The notes beneath the pieces are model-generated. The model did not search any database, was not told the origin of the DNA, and saw nothing but the letters and a program-made list of their open reading frames with translations. A program made the translations under genes and the position numbers. DNA of 64,000 bases from Gammaproteobacteria bacterium (GTDB lineage Bacteria > Pseudomonadota > Gammaproteobacteria > Ga0077536): NCBI GenBank assembly GCA_016209015.1, contig JACQWY010000025.1:3747-67746 (forward strand), given 5' to 3'. This document shows positions 19,201 to 30,698 of this stretch, in pieces. Numbering within the stretch: position 1 is the first letter of the stretch; the number at the start of each line of letters is the position of its first letter.

Positions 19201-20056
19201 CACCGTCGGCACCGAGGCCCAGATTGCGGCAGACCGCCTCGGAGGCCTCGTACTGGTTCATGGTGTAGAAGTGCAGCCCCGGCGCGCCGCGCTCGACGAG
19301 GCGCGCGCAGAGCTCGGTCGTCACGTCGATGCCGAAGTTGCGGATCGCCAGGCGGTCGTCGCCGAAATCGCGCAGCCGCTTGACGATCCAGCGCGGGATC
19401 TCCGCGCCGCACATCTCCGAGAAGCGCGAGAGCTGGCTGAAATTCGTGATCGGCATGACGCCGGGGATGATCGGGATCTCCACGCCGAGCCGGCGCACGC
19501 TGTCGACGAAGCGGAAGTAGGCGTCGGGATTGTAGAAGTACTGCGTGATCGCGCCGTCCGCGCCGGCCTCGACTTTGCGCTTGAAGTTCAGGAGGTCGAG
19601 CTCGGCCGACGGCGCCTGCGGGTGGAACTCGGGATAGGCGGCGACCTCGATGACGAAATCGCGGCCGGTCTCGGCGCGGATGAACGCGACGAGCTCGTTG
19701 CCGTAGCGCAGCTCGCCGAAGCCGGTCGTACCCGACGGCATGTCGCCCCGCAGGGCGACGACGCGCTTCACGCCCGCCTCGCGGTATTGCGCGAGCACGC
19801 TGCGGATCTGGGCGAGCGGCGTACCCATACAGGAGATGTGCGGCGCGGTGTCGATGCCGGTCGCCGCGCGGGTCGCGAGCGCGGTCTCGAGCGTGAGCTC
19901 CTTCGTGCTGCCGCCGGCGCCGAACGTGACGGAGAAGAATTCGGGGCGCAGCCGCGCGAGGCGGATGCGGGTCGCTTCGAGCTTGCCGACCGCCTCGGGC
20001 GAACGCGGCGGGAAGAACTCGAAGCTCAAGGAAACGTGCGGTCGTTGTACGGTCAC
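19184..20056 (-). CDS. metF: 5,10-methylenetetrahydrofolate reductase
   Basis: SFEFFPP, SVTFGAGGS, ALRGD, AAYPEFHP, ITQYF, GLHFYTMN. Confidence 0.97.
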   Translation of the reverse strand: MTVQRPHVSLSFEFFPPRSPEAVGKLEATRIRLARLRPEFFSVTFGAGGSTKELTLETALATRAATGIDTAPHISCMGTPLAQIRSVLAQYREAGVKRVVALRGDMPSGTTGFGELRYGNELVAFIRAETGRDFVIEVAAYPEFHPQAPSAELDLLNFKRKVEAGADGAITQYFYNPDAYFRFVDSVRRLGVEIPIIPGVMPITNFSQLSRFSEMCGAEIPRWIVKRLRDFGDDRLAIRNFGIDVTTELCARLVERGAPGLHFYTMNQYEASEAVCRNLGLGADGDVVRA

Positions 20057-20168
20057 GGAAGCCCCACCACTGGAATGACGTCGAGAATTCGACCATGCGC
20101 GACACGCATTGGCGAATCCTTTCGGTGATGACTTCTGCCTGTGGCATCGCGGTCATCGGGGCGAGGGC

Positions 20169-20190
20169 TATATTTATGACGCTAAATATA
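20169..20190. promoter_or_regulatory. Palindromic operator in the metF/prsT divergent region
   Basis: TATATTTA-N6-TAAATATA perfect inverted repeat in an AT-rich patch. Confidence 0.55.
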
Positions 20191-20431
20191 TCGCGTTTTT
20201 AATAAGGTGTAATCTGCAGCTCATCCTGCACTTTAGGAAACGGGCCAGTGGGACGGCGGGATGGGACGGGAAGTTGTCCCGCGCAAACAAACGCAAATTC
20301 AACCACCGTTCGGCGCAAGTCGCCGCGGCTGGCGGTCTACAGTCCGAGTGTGGCCCGCCACGGCGCCGGCCACGCCGGTCAATCCGCCCGCGCACGAGCC
20401 GATAAGCTGGCCTTCAAACCCGGAAGCACCC

Positions 20432-23239
20432 ATGAACAAGACTATGACTGCCGCCGTCGCGGCCGTGTACCTGCTGGCCTGCCCGGGCCTCTCGTGCGCC
20501 GCGGACGCGGTAACCAGGGATGGCACGCAGTACTACGAGGCCGCGACCGGCCTGTTCGGCAAGGGTGACTACCCGGGAGCGGTCATCCAGCTCAAGAACG
20601 CCCTGCAGAAATCGCCGAATCTGCTCGCTGCCCACGTGCTGCTCGGCCGCGCCTACCTGAAACAGCACCTGGGCGCGGAGGCCGAGAAGGAGATCAAGCT
20701 CGCGATGCAGGCCGGCGGCGACAACTCGGTGACCGCGCCGCTGCTCGCCGAGGCCTATCTCCTGCAGTTCCGGTACCGCCCGCTGCTCGACGAGGTCGGC
20801 GCGGAGGGCCTGGGCGACGCCGCAGCCGTGGCGGTGCTCGTGATGCGCGGTCAGGCGCACCTCGAGATCGGCGAGCTCGAGCGCGCGAACCAGGACTTCC
20901 AGGAGGCCGGCCGCCGCGATCCCACGGGCGTCCGGCCCGTGCTCGGTCAGGCCCTGACCGCCCTCAGGCGCAGCGATTTCGCGACCGCGGCGAGCCTGGC
21001 CGACGAGGCGCTGACGCGGGCGCCGCAGGATCCTGAGGCCTGGAACACGCGCGCGTCGGTCCACCACGCGCAGGGCGAGCTCGCCGAGGCGCTCGCGAAA
21101 TACACGAAAGCGCTCGAGATTGAACCTCTGCACCGGGACGCCCGCGTCGCCCGCGTCGCGGTCCTGCTCGATCTCGGGCGGGACGCCGAGACCCGCGCGG
21201 ATTTCGCGTTTCTCGGTGAGCACTACGCCTCCGATCCGCGCGCGGCCTACCTGCGGGCCCTCAAGCTGTCCCGCGGCGGCGACGACGCCGGTGCGCGCTC
21301 CCATCTCGCCGAGGCCGCGAACCTGCTCTCCCAGGTCGACACGGACTGGCTCGACAACAACGCCCAGCTCCTGCTCCTCGCCGGCACGACGAACTTCAGC
21401 CTCGGCGACTTCGAGAAGGCCCAGGGCTATCTCGAGCGCTACGTCGCCCACAATGCGAACGCGACGGGCGCCCGCAAGCTGCTCGCCGCGTCCCTGCTCG
21501 CGACCGACAAGGCGGACCGCGCGATCAGCATCCTGACCACCGCCCAGGTCGAGGCGCCGCGCGATCCCAAGGTTCTGAGCCTGCTCGCGAATGCGTGGAT
21601 GGCCAAAGGCCGGCACGAGAAGGCGACGCAGCTCCTCGAGCAGGCCGCGGCGCTGCCCGGCGCGGACAGCGACGTGCAGACCGAGCTCGCGATCACGCGC
21701 CTGCTCGGCGGCAAGACCGAGCAGGCGCTCGGCGACCTGCAGTCGATCGTCAAGACCCACCCCGAAGCCGGTAAGGCGAATCTCGTGCTCGCCGTGATGT
21801 ACCAGCGGCGGGGCGAGTTCAAGCAGGCGGCCGAGCTCGCGGGGCGGCTGTGCGAGCAGAATCCGAAGAACCTGACCGCGCTGAACCTGCTCGCGTCCGC
21901 CCAGGCCGGCCTCGGCGATCGCGCCGCGGCCCGCGAGACCTACCGGCGCGCGCTCGACGTCGATCCCGCGTTCCACCCCGCGGTGCTGAACCTCGCGAAG
22001 CTCGATCTCCTCGACGGCAAGCCCGGCGACGCGCGCGAGCGGCTGAAGGAGGCCTTGAAGCACAAGGCGAACGACGACCTGATCCTCATGGCGCTCGCCG
22101 AGACCGAGGAGCGCGACGGCAAGCCCGCCGAGGCGATCCGCTGGCTCGAGCAGGGCCGCAGCGCGAACGACGGCGCGGTGAACCTGCGCCTGTATCTCGC
22201 GAACCTGCTGATCCGCGACAAGGCCCTCGACCGCGCCCAGACGGTCGTCGAAGAGGCGCAGAGCCGCGAGCCGGAGAGCCTCCAGGTCCTCGAGGCCGCG
22301 GCCCGGCTGCAGATTGCGCTCGACCGCCCGCAGCAGGCGCGCGGGATCCTGAAACGGATGGCCGATCGGGCCGCCTTCGATGCCCCGGCACTCGTCGGCA
22401 TCGCCCAGCGTCAGGCGCAGATCCAGGCGACGGACGATGCGCTCTACTCCCTCAGCAAGGCCGTCCAGGGTGCGCCCGGCTACCGGCCGGCCCGCGTCGC
22501 GGCACTGCAGGTCGCGCTCGCGGCTGGCAATTCCGGGCGCGTCGACAGCGAGCTCGAGGCACTCGCCGCGCGCTGGCCGGACGATCCCGTGACCCTCCAG
22601 CTCACCGGTGACGTCGCGATGTCGCGCAATCAGCCGGCCCAGGCCGCGAGCGCCTATCGCAAGGCGCTGGATCGGCAGCAGTCGAGCGTCTTCACGATCC
22701 GGCTCGCCGCGGCGCTCATGGCGTCCAAACAAGGCAGCGAGGCCGCAGCCATGCTCCACCGCTGGATCGAGGCCCACCCGGACGATGCTGCCGCCGGGCA
22801 GGCGCTCGCCGAGGCCGAATTCTTCCTCGGCAATCTGCCGGCCGCCCGCAAGGCCTACGAGGCCGCGGTCGCGCGCGACCCGAAGAACGCGATGCTGCTG
22901 AACAACTATGCCGTGGTGCTCGAGAAGAGCGGCGACGCCGAAGCCCTGGCGCGGGCTCGTGAGGCCCGGGCCCTCGCGCCCGCCGATCCGAACGTGAACG
23001 ACACGCTGGGCTGGCTGCTGACGGTGCACGGCCAGGCCGAAGAAGGTCTGACGTATCTCCGGGATGCGCAGTCGCGCGACGCCTCCTCCCCGAGCATCCG
23101 CTACCATCTCGCGCTCGCCCTCGCCGGCCTCGACCGCAAGGACGAAGCGAAGCGCGAGCTCGACACACTGCTCGCGGACAAGAGCGAGTTCGGCGACCGC
23201 AGCGAGGCCGAGGCCTTGCGCAGGCGACTCGGACCCTAG
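20432..23239 (+). CDS. prsT: PEP-CTERM system TPR-repeat protein
   Basis: Signal peptide, AVIQLKNALQ, about 935 aa of TPRs, DTLGW motif; adjacent to a PEP-CTERM gene. Confidence 0.88.
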   Translation: MNKTMTAAVAAVYLLACPGLSCAADAVTRDGTQYYEAATGLFGKGDYPGAVIQLKNALQKSPNLLAAHVLLGRAYLKQHLGAEAEKEIKLAMQAGGDNSVTAPLLAEAYLLQFRYRPLLDEVGAEGLGDAAAVAVLVMRGQAHLEIGELERANQDFQEAGRRDPTGVRPVLGQALTALRRSDFATAASLADEALTRAPQDPEAWNTRASVHHAQGELAEALAKYTKALEIEPLHRDARVARVAVLLDLGRDAETRADFAFLGEHYASDPRAAYLRALKLSRGGDDAGARSHLAEAANLLSQVDTDWLDNNAQLLLLAGTTNFSLGDFEKAQGYLERYVAHNANATGARKLLAASLLATDKADRAISILTTAQVEAPRDPKVLSLLANAWMAKGRHEKATQLLEQAAALPGADSDVQTELAITRLLGGKTEQALGDLQSIVKTHPEAGKANLVLAVMYQRRGEFKQAAELAGRLCEQNPKNLTALNLLASAQAGLGDRAAARETYRRALDVDPAFHPAVLNLAKLDLLDGKPGDARERLKEALKHKANDDLILMALAETEERDGKPAEAIRWLEQGRSANDGAVNLRLYLANLLIRDKALDRAQTVVEEAQSREPESLQVLEAAARLQIALDRPQQARGILKRMADRAAFDAPALVGIAQRQAQIQATDDALYSLSKAVQGAPGYRPARVAALQVALAAGNSGRVDSELEALAARWPDDPVTLQLTGDVAMSRNQPAQAASAYRKALDRQQSSVFTIRLAAALMASKQGSEAAAMLHRWIEAHPDDAAAGQALAEAEFFLGNLPAARKAYEAAVARDPKNAMLLNNYAVVLEKSGDAEALARAREARALAPADPNVNDTLGWLLTVHGQAEEGLTYLRDAQSRDASSPSIRYHLALALAGLDRKDEAKRELDTLLADKSEFGDRSEAEALRRRLGP

Positions 23240-23240
23240 T

Positions 23241-23257
23241 TGTCAAAGCGCTTGACA
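23241..23257. promoter_or_regulatory. PEP-CTERM box enhancer (TGT-N11-ACA)
   Basis: TGTCAAAGCGCTTGACA about 75 bp upstream of the sigma54 site; degenerate second box at about 23260. Confidence 0.75.
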
Positions 23258-23330
23258 GTTGTCGGGCTCAGGCGACCATGGCGCCGGGCTCGAATTCGCA
23301 AGTCTTTGAATCATAAAGCAGCGGAGAATC

Positions 23331-23345
23331 TGGCCGGGATCTTGC
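23331..23345 (+). promoter_or_regulatory. Sigma54 -24/-12 promoter
   Basis: TGGCCGGGATCTTGC. Confidence 0.8.
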
Positions 23346-23446
23346 TGCAAAGCGCGTAACACGGCGGGAAAGCGCGTGTTTGTAAAAAGACACATAAAGT
23401 CACAGAGCCCCATTGGCTGCGTCGCAGGACGCGAAGAGAGATCGAC

Positions 23447-24328
23447 ATGCTGAATCGGCAACGTCTGTTCGGAATAGCCCTCGCTGCAACGACGGCTCTC
23501 GCGGCTTCGACCGCCCAGGCTGCGTTCGTATGGAACTTCGGGGGCTCGGGCGGCAAGCTCAGCGGCGCCGCGACGACGTTCAACGCCAGCTTCGGCGGCA
23601 AGACGGTCACGGCCTCGGTCACCGCCTGGGCCGACAGCGGCGCCGTCGGCGACGGCGGCACGAACCGCGTGCTCAATCAGGGCAACGTCTACCAGTACTC
23701 CGGCGGCCTCGGCGTGCAATGGGTCGCGCCGACCGGCACGACCATCAACGGGCTCAGCCAGGAATCGACCGGCGTTCCCGAGCACACCATGGACAACTGC
23801 GGCCTGCTCAACTCTTTCGGGTCCTGCACCGCCGGCACGCCCGAGGACTTCATCCTCTTCAAGTTCAGCGACAGCGTCGCGCTCTCGCAGGTCGCCCAGG
23901 GCTGGTTCCAGAGCGACGCCGACATCACCGTGCTCGCCTACACCGGTGCCGGCGACCCGACCGCGAACCTCACGAAAGACACCTACGCCTCGACGGATGC
24001 CGCGGGCGGCCTCAGCACCGGCCTCGTCAACGACGGCTGGACCTGGGTCGGCAACTACGCCAATCTGCAGAACGGCGCCGCGACCATCAACACCGGCGCG
24101 AACACCGGCGGCCAGGCCGTCACCTCGAGCTACTGGCTCATCGGCGCCTACAACTCCCGCGTCCATGCGGAAGCGAGCACCTGGGACAACAACAACGACT
24201 TCCTGAAAATCACCTCGCTCGCCGGCACGGTCACGCCGCCCGGCGGCAAAGTGCCGGAGCCGGCCTCGGCCGCGCTCGTGCTGCTCGGCCTCGCGGCAGT
24301 CCGCCGCTACCGCCCGCGCCGCGGCTGA
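23447..24328 (+). CDS. PEP-CTERM surface protein (XDP1-like)
   Basis: Signal peptide; [24 protein letters not shown]; C-terminal [25 protein letters not shown]. Confidence 0.92.
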   Translation: MLNRQRLFGIALAATTALAASTAQAAFVWNFGGSGGKLSGAATTFNASFGGKTVTASVTAWADSGAVGDGGTNRVLNQGNVYQYSGGLGVQWVAPTGTTINGLSQESTGVPEHTMDNCGLLNSFGSCTAGTPEDFILFKFSDSVALSQVAQGWFQSDADITVLAYTGAGDPTANLTKDTYASTDAAGGLSTGLVNDGWTWVGNYANLQNGAATINTGANTGGQAVTSSYWLIGAYNSRVHAEASTWDNNNDFLKITSLAGTVTPPGGKVPEPASAALVLLGLAAVRRYRPRRG

Positions 24329-24348
24329 GCTCCGCGCTGCTCCCCTCG

Positions 24349-24377
24349 ACAGGGCCCTGCGGGGCCTTGTTTCGTTT
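24349..24377 (+). terminator. Intrinsic terminator
   Basis: ACAGGGCCC-TGCG-GGGCCTTGT followed by a T-rich tail. Confidence 0.65.
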
Positions 24378-24609
24378 ACGGCCGCTTGATCTGCGTCGCC
24401 CGGCGGGATGGAGCGCGCCGGCCCGAGACGTTAGAATGCCGACCCCTTGCGGAGGCCGGTGGACCGGCTTCCACCAGACCGCGGCCAGCGCCGCGAACCG
24501 TTGCCGGAGGCGCTCCGGAGCCGCTGCGCGCAGCGCGCGTCCCGGTGCCGCGACCGTATGTGTTGAACATCACCCTGACCGTCCTCGGTCAATCCGCAGG
24601 AGCATCGAC

Positions 24610-26646
24610 ATGAATTCGAGCGCCGTCGCATCGTCATCCACTTCCGTCCCGAGCCGCCGCGACCTCGCGAACGCCTTGCGTGCGCTCAGCATGGACGCCG
24701 TCCAGGCCGCGAACTCCGGCCACCCGGGCGCGCCGCTCGGCATGGCGGACTTCGTCGAAGTGCTGTGGCGCGACCACCTCGCGCACAATCCCGGCAATCC
24801 CCACTGGTTCAACCGCGACCGCTTCGTGCTCTCGAACGGCCACGGCTCGATGCTCATCTATTCGCTGCTGCACCTGACGGGCTATGCGCTGCCGATCGAG
24901 GAGCTGAAGCGCTTCCGGCAACTGGGCTCCAAGACCCCCGGCCATCCCGAGGTCCACCACACGCCCGGCATCGAGACCACGACCGGTCCGCTCGGCCAGG
25001 GCATCGCGAACGCGGTCGGCATGGCGCTCGCGGAGAAGATCCTCGGCGCGCACTTCAACCGCGAAGGCTTTCCGGTCGTCGATCACCACACCTACGTCTG
25101 CGTCGGCGACGGCTGCCTGATGGAAGGCCTCTCGCACGAGGCCTGCTCGCTCGCCGGCACGCTCGGCCTCGGCAAGCTCGTCGCGCTCTACGACGACAAC
25201 GGCATCTCCATCGACGGCAAGGTCGAGGGCTGGTTCACGGACGACACCCCGGCGCGCTTCGCGGCCTACGGCTGGCACGTCGTCCCGAACGTCGACGGCC
25301 ACGACGCGGCGGCCGTCGCCAAGGCGCTCGCCGCGGCCCGTGCCGAGACGGCGCGGCCCTCGCTCATCTGCATGAAGACCGTGATCGGCTTCGGCTCGCC
25401 GAACAAGGCCGGCACCGCGGGCTGCCACGGCGCGGCGCTCGGCGAGAAGGAAGTCACCGCGACGCGCGAGAAGCTCGGCTGGAATCATCCGCCGTTCGAA
25501 ATCCCGGCGGCCATCGCGAAGGCCTGGGACGCCCGCGAGGCGGGTGCGAAACGCGAGGCGGCCTGGCAGGAGCTCTTCACGAAATATCTCAAAGCGCACC
25601 CGGAGCTCGGCGCGGATCTCGAGCGCCGCATGGCGGGCGAGCTGACCGAGGCCTTCGGCAATTTCGCGCTCGACGCCGTCAGGCAGATGCAGGCCGAAGG
25701 CGGCGCGAATGCGACCCGCAAGTCCTCCCAGCTCGTGCTCGAGAAGCTCGGCCCGCACTGCCCCGAGCTCGTCGGCGGCTCGGCCGACCTCTCGGAATCG
25801 AACAACACGCACTGGTCGGGCTCGCACACCGTGAGCGCCGCGCAGGCGGACGGCAACTATCTCGAATACGGCGTGCGCGAATTCGGCATGGCCGCGATCA
25901 TGAACGGCCTGGCGCTGCACGGCGGCGTCATACCCTACGGCGGCACGTTCCTCGTGTTCTCGGATTACTGCCGCAACGCGGTGCGCATGGCGGCGCTGAT
26001 GAGCATCCGTTCGATCTACGTCTTCACGCACGATTCGATCGGCCTCGGCGAAGACGGCCCGACGCACCAGCCGATCGAGCACGCGGCGGCGCTGCGGCTC
26101 ATTCCGAACGTCCAGGTCTGGCGGCCCTGCGACGGCGTCGAGACGGCCGCGGCCTGGGCCGCGGCGATCGAGCGTCCGGACGGTCCGACGGCGCTGCTGC
26201 TGACGCGCCAGGGCGTGCCGACGCAGCCGCGCGACGCCGCGCAGCTCGCCGCGATCGCGCGCGGCGGCTACGTGCTCGTCGAGCCGGCCGGTGCGCCGGA
26301 CGCGCTCGTGATCGCGACGGGCTCCGAGGTCGCGCTCGCGGTCGCGGCCGCGAACGAATTGAACGCGCAGGGCGCGCGCCTGCGCGTCGTGTCCATGCCC
26401 TGCTGCGAGCGCTTCTCGCATCAGGACGCGGCCTATCGCGAAGCGGTGCTGCCCTCGGGCATCCGCCGCCGCATCGCGATCGAAGCGGCGAGCGGCGACT
26501 ATTGGTACAAGTTCGTCGGCCTCGACGGCGAGATCATCGCGCTGCACGGTTTCGGCGCCTCGGCGCCGGCCGGCGATCTGTTCAAGCTTTTCGGTCTGAC
26601 GGCCGAACAGGTGAAAGTACGTATTCAGTCCTACCTCTCGCGGTGA
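24610..26646 (+). CDS. tkt: Transketolase
   Basis: [30 protein letters not shown]. Confidence 0.98.
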   Translation: MNSSAVASSSTSVPSRRDLANALRALSMDAVQAANSGHPGAPLGMADFVEVLWRDHLAHNPGNPHWFNRDRFVLSNGHGSMLIYSLLHLTGYALPIEELKRFRQLGSKTPGHPEVHHTPGIETTTGPLGQGIANAVGMALAEKILGAHFNREGFPVVDHHTYVCVGDGCLMEGLSHEACSLAGTLGLGKLVALYDDNGISIDGKVEGWFTDDTPARFAAYGWHVVPNVDGHDAAAVAKALAAARAETARPSLICMKTVIGFGSPNKAGTAGCHGAALGEKEVTATREKLGWNHPPFEIPAAIAKAWDAREAGAKREAAWQELFTKYLKAHPELGADLERRMAGELTEAFGNFALDAVRQMQAEGGANATRKSSQLVLEKLGPHCPELVGGSADLSESNNTHWSGSHTVSAAQADGNYLEYGVREFGMAAIMNGLALHGGVIPYGGTFLVFSDYCRNAVRMAALMSIRSIYVFTHDSIGLGEDGPTHQPIEHAAALRLIPNVQVWRPCDGVETAAAWAAAIERPDGPTALLLTRQGVPTQPRDAAQLAAIARGGYVLVEPAGAPDALVIATGSEVALAVAAANELNAQGARLRVVSMPCCERFSHQDAAYREAVLPSGIRRRIAIEAASGDYWYKFVGLDGEIIALHGFGASAPAGDLFKLFGLTAEQVKVRIQSYLSR

Positions 26647-26694
26647 TATGAAATCCGTACGCTTTTTCGAGTCCCCATCCAGGAGATCGCATTC

Positions 26695-27711
26695 ATGACC
26701 ATTCGAGTCGGAATCAACGGCTACGGCCGCATCGGACGCAACGTGGTGCGCGCGCTTTACGAAGCGGGCCGCACCAAGGACATCCAGATCGTCGCGGTGA
26801 ACGACCTCGGCGACGCCAAGACGAACGCCCACCTCACCCGCTACGACACCGCGCACGGCCGCTTCCCCGGCACGATCGAGGTCGACGGCGATTCCATGGT
26901 CGTGAACGGCGATCGCATCCGCGTGCTGAGCGAGAAGGATCCGGCGAAGCTGCCCTGGGGCGAGCTCGAGGTCGACGTCGTGATGGAATCGACCGGCATC
27001 TTCACGAGCCGCGAGAAGGCGGGCCTCCACCTCCAGGGCGGCGCGAAGAAAGTCATCATCTCGGCGCCCGCGAAGGGCGACGTCGACGCGACGATCGTCT
27101 ACGGCGTGAACCACAAGTCGCTGAAGGCCTCGCACCAGATCATCTCGAACGCCTCGTGCACGACGAACTGCCTCGCGCCGCTGGTCAAGCCGCTGCACGA
27201 GAAGATCGGTCTCGTCGCCGGCCTGATGACGACGATCCACGCCTACACGAACGACCAGGTGCTGACGGACGTCTATCACTCGGATCTGCGCCGTGCGCGT
27301 TCGGCGACGATGTCGATGATCCCGACGAAGACCGGGGCCGCCGCGGCCGTCGGCCTCGTGCTGCCCGATCTGAACGGCAAGCTCGACGGCCTCGCCGTGC
27401 GCGTGCCGACGATCAACGTCTCGCTCGTCGATCTCACGTTCACCGCGAAGCGCGCGACCGACAAGAAGGAAATCTCGGCGATCATGAAGGAAGCCGCCGA
27501 CGGCGAGCTGAAGGGCATCCTCGAGTACAACGATGCGCCGCTCGTCTCGATCGACTTCAACCACAATCCCGCGTCCTCGATTTTCGAGGCGAGCGAGACG
27601 AAGGTCATCGGCGGCACGCTCGTCAAGGTCATGGCGTGGTACGACAACGAGTGGGGCTTCTCGAACCGTATGCTCGACACCGCCATCGCGCTGATGAACG
27701 CCGGAGCCTGA
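26695..27711 (+). CDS. gap: Glyceraldehyde-3-phosphate dehydrogenase
   Basis: [23 protein letters not shown]. Confidence 0.98.
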   Translation: MTIRVGINGYGRIGRNVVRALYEAGRTKDIQIVAVNDLGDAKTNAHLTRYDTAHGRFPGTIEVDGDSMVVNGDRIRVLSEKDPAKLPWGELEVDVVMESTGIFTSREKAGLHLQGGAKKVIISAPAKGDVDATIVYGVNHKSLKASHQIISNASCTTNCLAPLVKPLHEKIGLVAGLMTTIHAYTNDQVLTDVYHSDLRRARSATMSMIPTKTGAAAAVGLVLPDLNGKLDGLAVRVPTINVSLVDLTFTAKRATDKKEISAIMKEAADGELKGILEYNDAPLVSIDFNHNPASSIFEASETKVIGGTLVKVMAWYDNEWGFSNRMLDTAIALMNAGA

Positions 27712-27715
27712 GACC

Positions 27716-28888
27716 ATGCTCAGCATGTCCGGGCTCGCGCTCGCCGGGAAACGCGTACTCATCCGCGAGGACTTCAACGTTCCGATCAAGAACGGGAAGA
27801 TCAGCGACGACACCCGCCTCCGGGCGGGTGCACCCACCGTGAAGGCCGCCGCGGAGGCGGGCGCGAAAGTGCTCGTCATGTCGCATCTCGGCCGGCCGAA
27901 AGAAGGCGTGCCCGATCCGGCCGCCTCGCTCGCCCCGCTCGCCGACGCGCTCGCGAAGCTCGTCGGCCGGCCCGTGCGTTTCGCGGCCGACTGGATCGAC
28001 GGCGTCGCGGTCGCGGACGGCGAGATCGTGCTTTGCGAGAACGTGCGCTTCCTCGCCGGCGAGGAGAAGAACCTCGACGAGCTCGCGAAGAAGATGGCGG
28101 CGCTCTGCGACATCTTCGTCAACGACGCGTTCGCCACGGCCCATCGCGCCCAGGCCTCCACGCACGGCGTCGCGAAGTTCGCGCCCGTCGCTTGTGCGGG
28201 CCCGCTGCTCAAGGCCGAGATCGATGCGCTGAAGACCGCGCTGCACGCGCCGAAGCGTCCGCTCGTCGCGGTCGTCGGCGGCTCGAAGGTCTCGACGAAG
28301 CTCGACGTGCTCGAGTCGCTCGTGCAGAAGGTCGATCAGCTCATCGTCGGCGGCGGCATCGCGAACACGTTCCTGAAAGCCATGGGCCAGCCAATCGGCA
28401 AGTCGCTCTGCGAGGACGACATGGTCGACACCGCGAAGCGCATCATCGAAGCCGCGAAGGCGCGTGGTGCGGCGGTGCCGATCCCGGTCGATGTCGTGTG
28501 CGGCAAGGAATTCGACGAGAAGACCGCCGCGACGACGATGGACGTCTCGAAGGTCGCGGCCGACGACATGATCATGGACCTCGGACCGAAGACCACCGCG
28601 TCCTTCGCGCAGGCCTTGAAATCCGCGGGCACGATCGTCTGGAACGGGCCGCTCGGCGTGTTCGAATTCGATCAGTTCGCCGCCGGCACGAAAACGCTGG
28701 CGCAGGCGATCGCGCATTCCAGCGCGTTCTCCATCGCGGGCGGCGGCGACACGCTCGCGGCGATCGCGAAATTCGGCATCACGAATCAGGTCTCCTACAT
28801 CTCGACCGCGGGCGGCGCCTTCCTCGAATACCTCGAGGGCAAGACCCTGCCGGCGGTCGCGATCCTCGAAACGCGCGCTGCAGGCTGA
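27716..28888 (+). CDS. pgk: Phosphoglycerate kinase
   Basis: [25 protein letters not shown]. Confidence 0.98.
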   Translation: MLSMSGLALAGKRVLIREDFNVPIKNGKISDDTRLRAGAPTVKAAAEAGAKVLVMSHLGRPKEGVPDPAASLAPLADALAKLVGRPVRFAADWIDGVAVADGEIVLCENVRFLAGEEKNLDELAKKMAALCDIFVNDAFATAHRAQASTHGVAKFAPVACAGPLLKAEIDALKTALHAPKRPLVAVVGGSKVSTKLDVLESLVQKVDQLIVGGGIANTFLKAMGQPIGKSLCEDDMVDTAKRIIEAAKARGAAVPIPVDVVCGKEFDEKTAATTMDVSKVAADDMIMDLGPKTTASFAQALKSAGTIVWNGPLGVFEFDQFAAGTKTLAQAIAHSSAFSIAGGGDTLAAIAKFGITNQVSYISTAGGAFLEYLEGKTLPAVAILETRAAG

Positions 28889-28905
28889 CCGTCTCTCATC
28901 ATGTT

Positions 28906-28938
28906 CCGGCCGGCGTCGCGAGACTCCGGCCGGCTTTT
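28906..28938 (+). terminator. Probable intrinsic terminator after pgk
   Basis: CCGGCCGG stem followed by TTTT. Confidence 0.55.
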
Positions 28939-29233
28939 CGTAGTTCTCCGCAGGTGCGATCAGCCGCAGGCGTAAGCGGACGCCCGACGTGCACCTGCCG
29001 CAGTCCTGCAGGTGCCGACGAAAGAGGCGCGTCGATCGCGCTGTAGTGTCGAGCCATGGCGGACATGCGGCGTTCGCCCCGGCCTGCGCCGGGACTACCT
29101 CTTGGTGATCCTGTCGGCTTCGTACCGCGGCGATCCGTGCTCGGGCGCCTCATGTACGAACCGGACGTACCGAGCTTCGGACCCGCGAATTGCGGTTAAG
29201 ATGCTTCATCGAATTCCGCGAGCGGAGACTCCC

Positions 29234-30676
29234 ATGCGCCGTACGAAAATCGTCGCGACCCTCGGCCCGGCCACGGACGACCCCAAGGTGCTCGAGCGGC
29301 TCATCGCGGGCGGGCTCGACGCGGCGCGGCTGAATTATTCCCACGGCAAGGCCCAGGATCACGCCGAGCGCGCCCGCGCGGTACGGCGCGCGGCGGGCAG
29401 GCAACAGCGCGAGGTCGCGCTGATCGCGGATCTGCAGGGGCCGAAAATCCGCATCGAATGTTTCCGCGAGGGTCCGATCGTGCTCGCCGAGGGCGCGGAG
29501 TTCACGATCGACGCCGCGCTCGGCGCCGAGGCGGGCGACGACAGACGTGTCGGGGTCGCCTACAAGGCATTGCCCCAGGACGTGAGAGCCGGCGACACGC
29601 TGCTGCTCGACGACGGCCGCATCGTCCTGAAAGTCACGAAGGTCGCGGGCACGGCCGTGAAGACGAAAGTCGTGACCGGCGGGACGCTCTCGGATCACAA
29701 GGGCCTGAACCGCGAAGGCGGCGGGCTCTCCGCGCCGGCGCTGACGCGCAAGGATCGTGCGGATCTGCGCCATGCCGTGGCGCAGGGCGTCGATTACGTC
29801 GCGGTCTCCTTCCCGCGCTCCGCCGAAGACATCGAGACCGCGCGCAAGCTCGTGAAGAAGGCGGGGGGCACGGCCGGCATCATTGCGAAGATCGAGCGCG
29901 CCGAGGCGCTGCAGTGCGCGGCGGACATCATCCGCACCGCCGACGGCATCATGATCGCGCGCGGCGATCTCGGTGTGGAAATCGGCGACTCGCGCCTGCC
30001 GCCCGTGCAGAAGCAGTTGATCGCGACGGCGCGCCGTCTGCACCGCTTCGTCATCACCGCGACGCAGATGATGGAATCGATGATCGAAAACCCGGTGCCG
30101 ACGCGTGCCGAGGTCTTCGACGTCGCGAACGCGGTGCTCGACGGCACGGACGCGGTGATGCTGTCCGCAGAGACGAGCGTCGGCCGCTACCCGGCGCAGG
30201 CCGTGGAGCACATGGCACGGATCTGCGTCGAGGCCGAAAAGGAATGGACGGAGCACGAGCCGAATCTCATGCTCGACGCCGCGTTCGAGCGCGCCGACCA
30301 GGCGATTGCGATGTCGGCGATCTACTGCGCGAACCGCATCGGCGTCACCGCGATCGCCGCGCTCACCGAGACCGGCTCGACGACGAACTGGATGTCACGC
30401 ATCAACACCGACATCCCGATCTTCGCGCTCTCGCGCAATCCGCAGACGCTGCGCCGCGTGACGCTCTACCGCGGCGTCTATCCCATCGCCTTCGACGTCA
30501 CCGCCGTGCATTACTCCGAGGTCACACACGAGGTGCTGGCCCGGCTGCTGGCACACGGCGGCGCGAAGCGCGGCGACAAGGTGATCCTCACGAAAGGCGA
30601 TCTGCGGGGCACGACGGGCGGCACGAACGGCATGAAAATCGTGACCGTCGGCGACATCGTCGAGCACGTCGGCTGA
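29234..30676 (+). CDS. pyk: Pyruvate kinase
   Basis: RRTKIVATLGP, DLQGPKIR, ARGDLG, TQMMESM. Confidence 0.98.
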   Translation: MRRTKIVATLGPATDDPKVLERLIAGGLDAARLNYSHGKAQDHAERARAVRRAAGRQQREVALIADLQGPKIRIECFREGPIVLAEGAEFTIDAALGAEAGDDRRVGVAYKALPQDVRAGDTLLLDDGRIVLKVTKVAGTAVKTKVVTGGTLSDHKGLNREGGGLSAPALTRKDRADLRHAVAQGVDYVAVSFPRSAEDIETARKLVKKAGGTAGIIAKIERAEALQCAADIIRTADGIMIARGDLGVEIGDSRLPPVQKQLIATARRLHRFVITATQMMESMIENPVPTRAEVFDVANAVLDGTDAVMLSAETSVGRYPAQAVEHMARICVEAEKEWTEHEPNLMLDAAFERADQAIAMSAIYCANRIGVTAIAALTETGSTTNWMSRINTDIPIFALSRNPQTLRRVTLYRGVYPIAFDVTAVHYSEVTHEVLARLLAHGGAKRGDKVILTKGDLRGTTGGTNGMKIVTVGDIVEHVG

Positions 30677-30698
30677 CGACGGCGCCGCACCACCGCGC

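Noticed and set aside
20057-20160. SAM/SAH riboswitch upstream of metF
   Set aside because: Only a GATGAC/GTCATC hairpin is visible; conserved riboswitch motifs were not recognised. An Rfam scan is needed
23413-24609. 1077-aa ORF as an N-terminally extended transketolase
   Set aside because: The extension overlaps the real PEP-CTERM gene in another frame and crosses a terminator; a GC-rich open-frame artifact
24634-28212. Long antisense ORFs (1192 aa here, also 20414-23107 and many others)
   Set aside because: Shadow frames of high-GC genes with no recognisable motifs
24610-30676. Calvin-cycle operon
   Set aside because: No RuBisCO or phosphoribulokinase in the window, so autotrophy cannot be inferred
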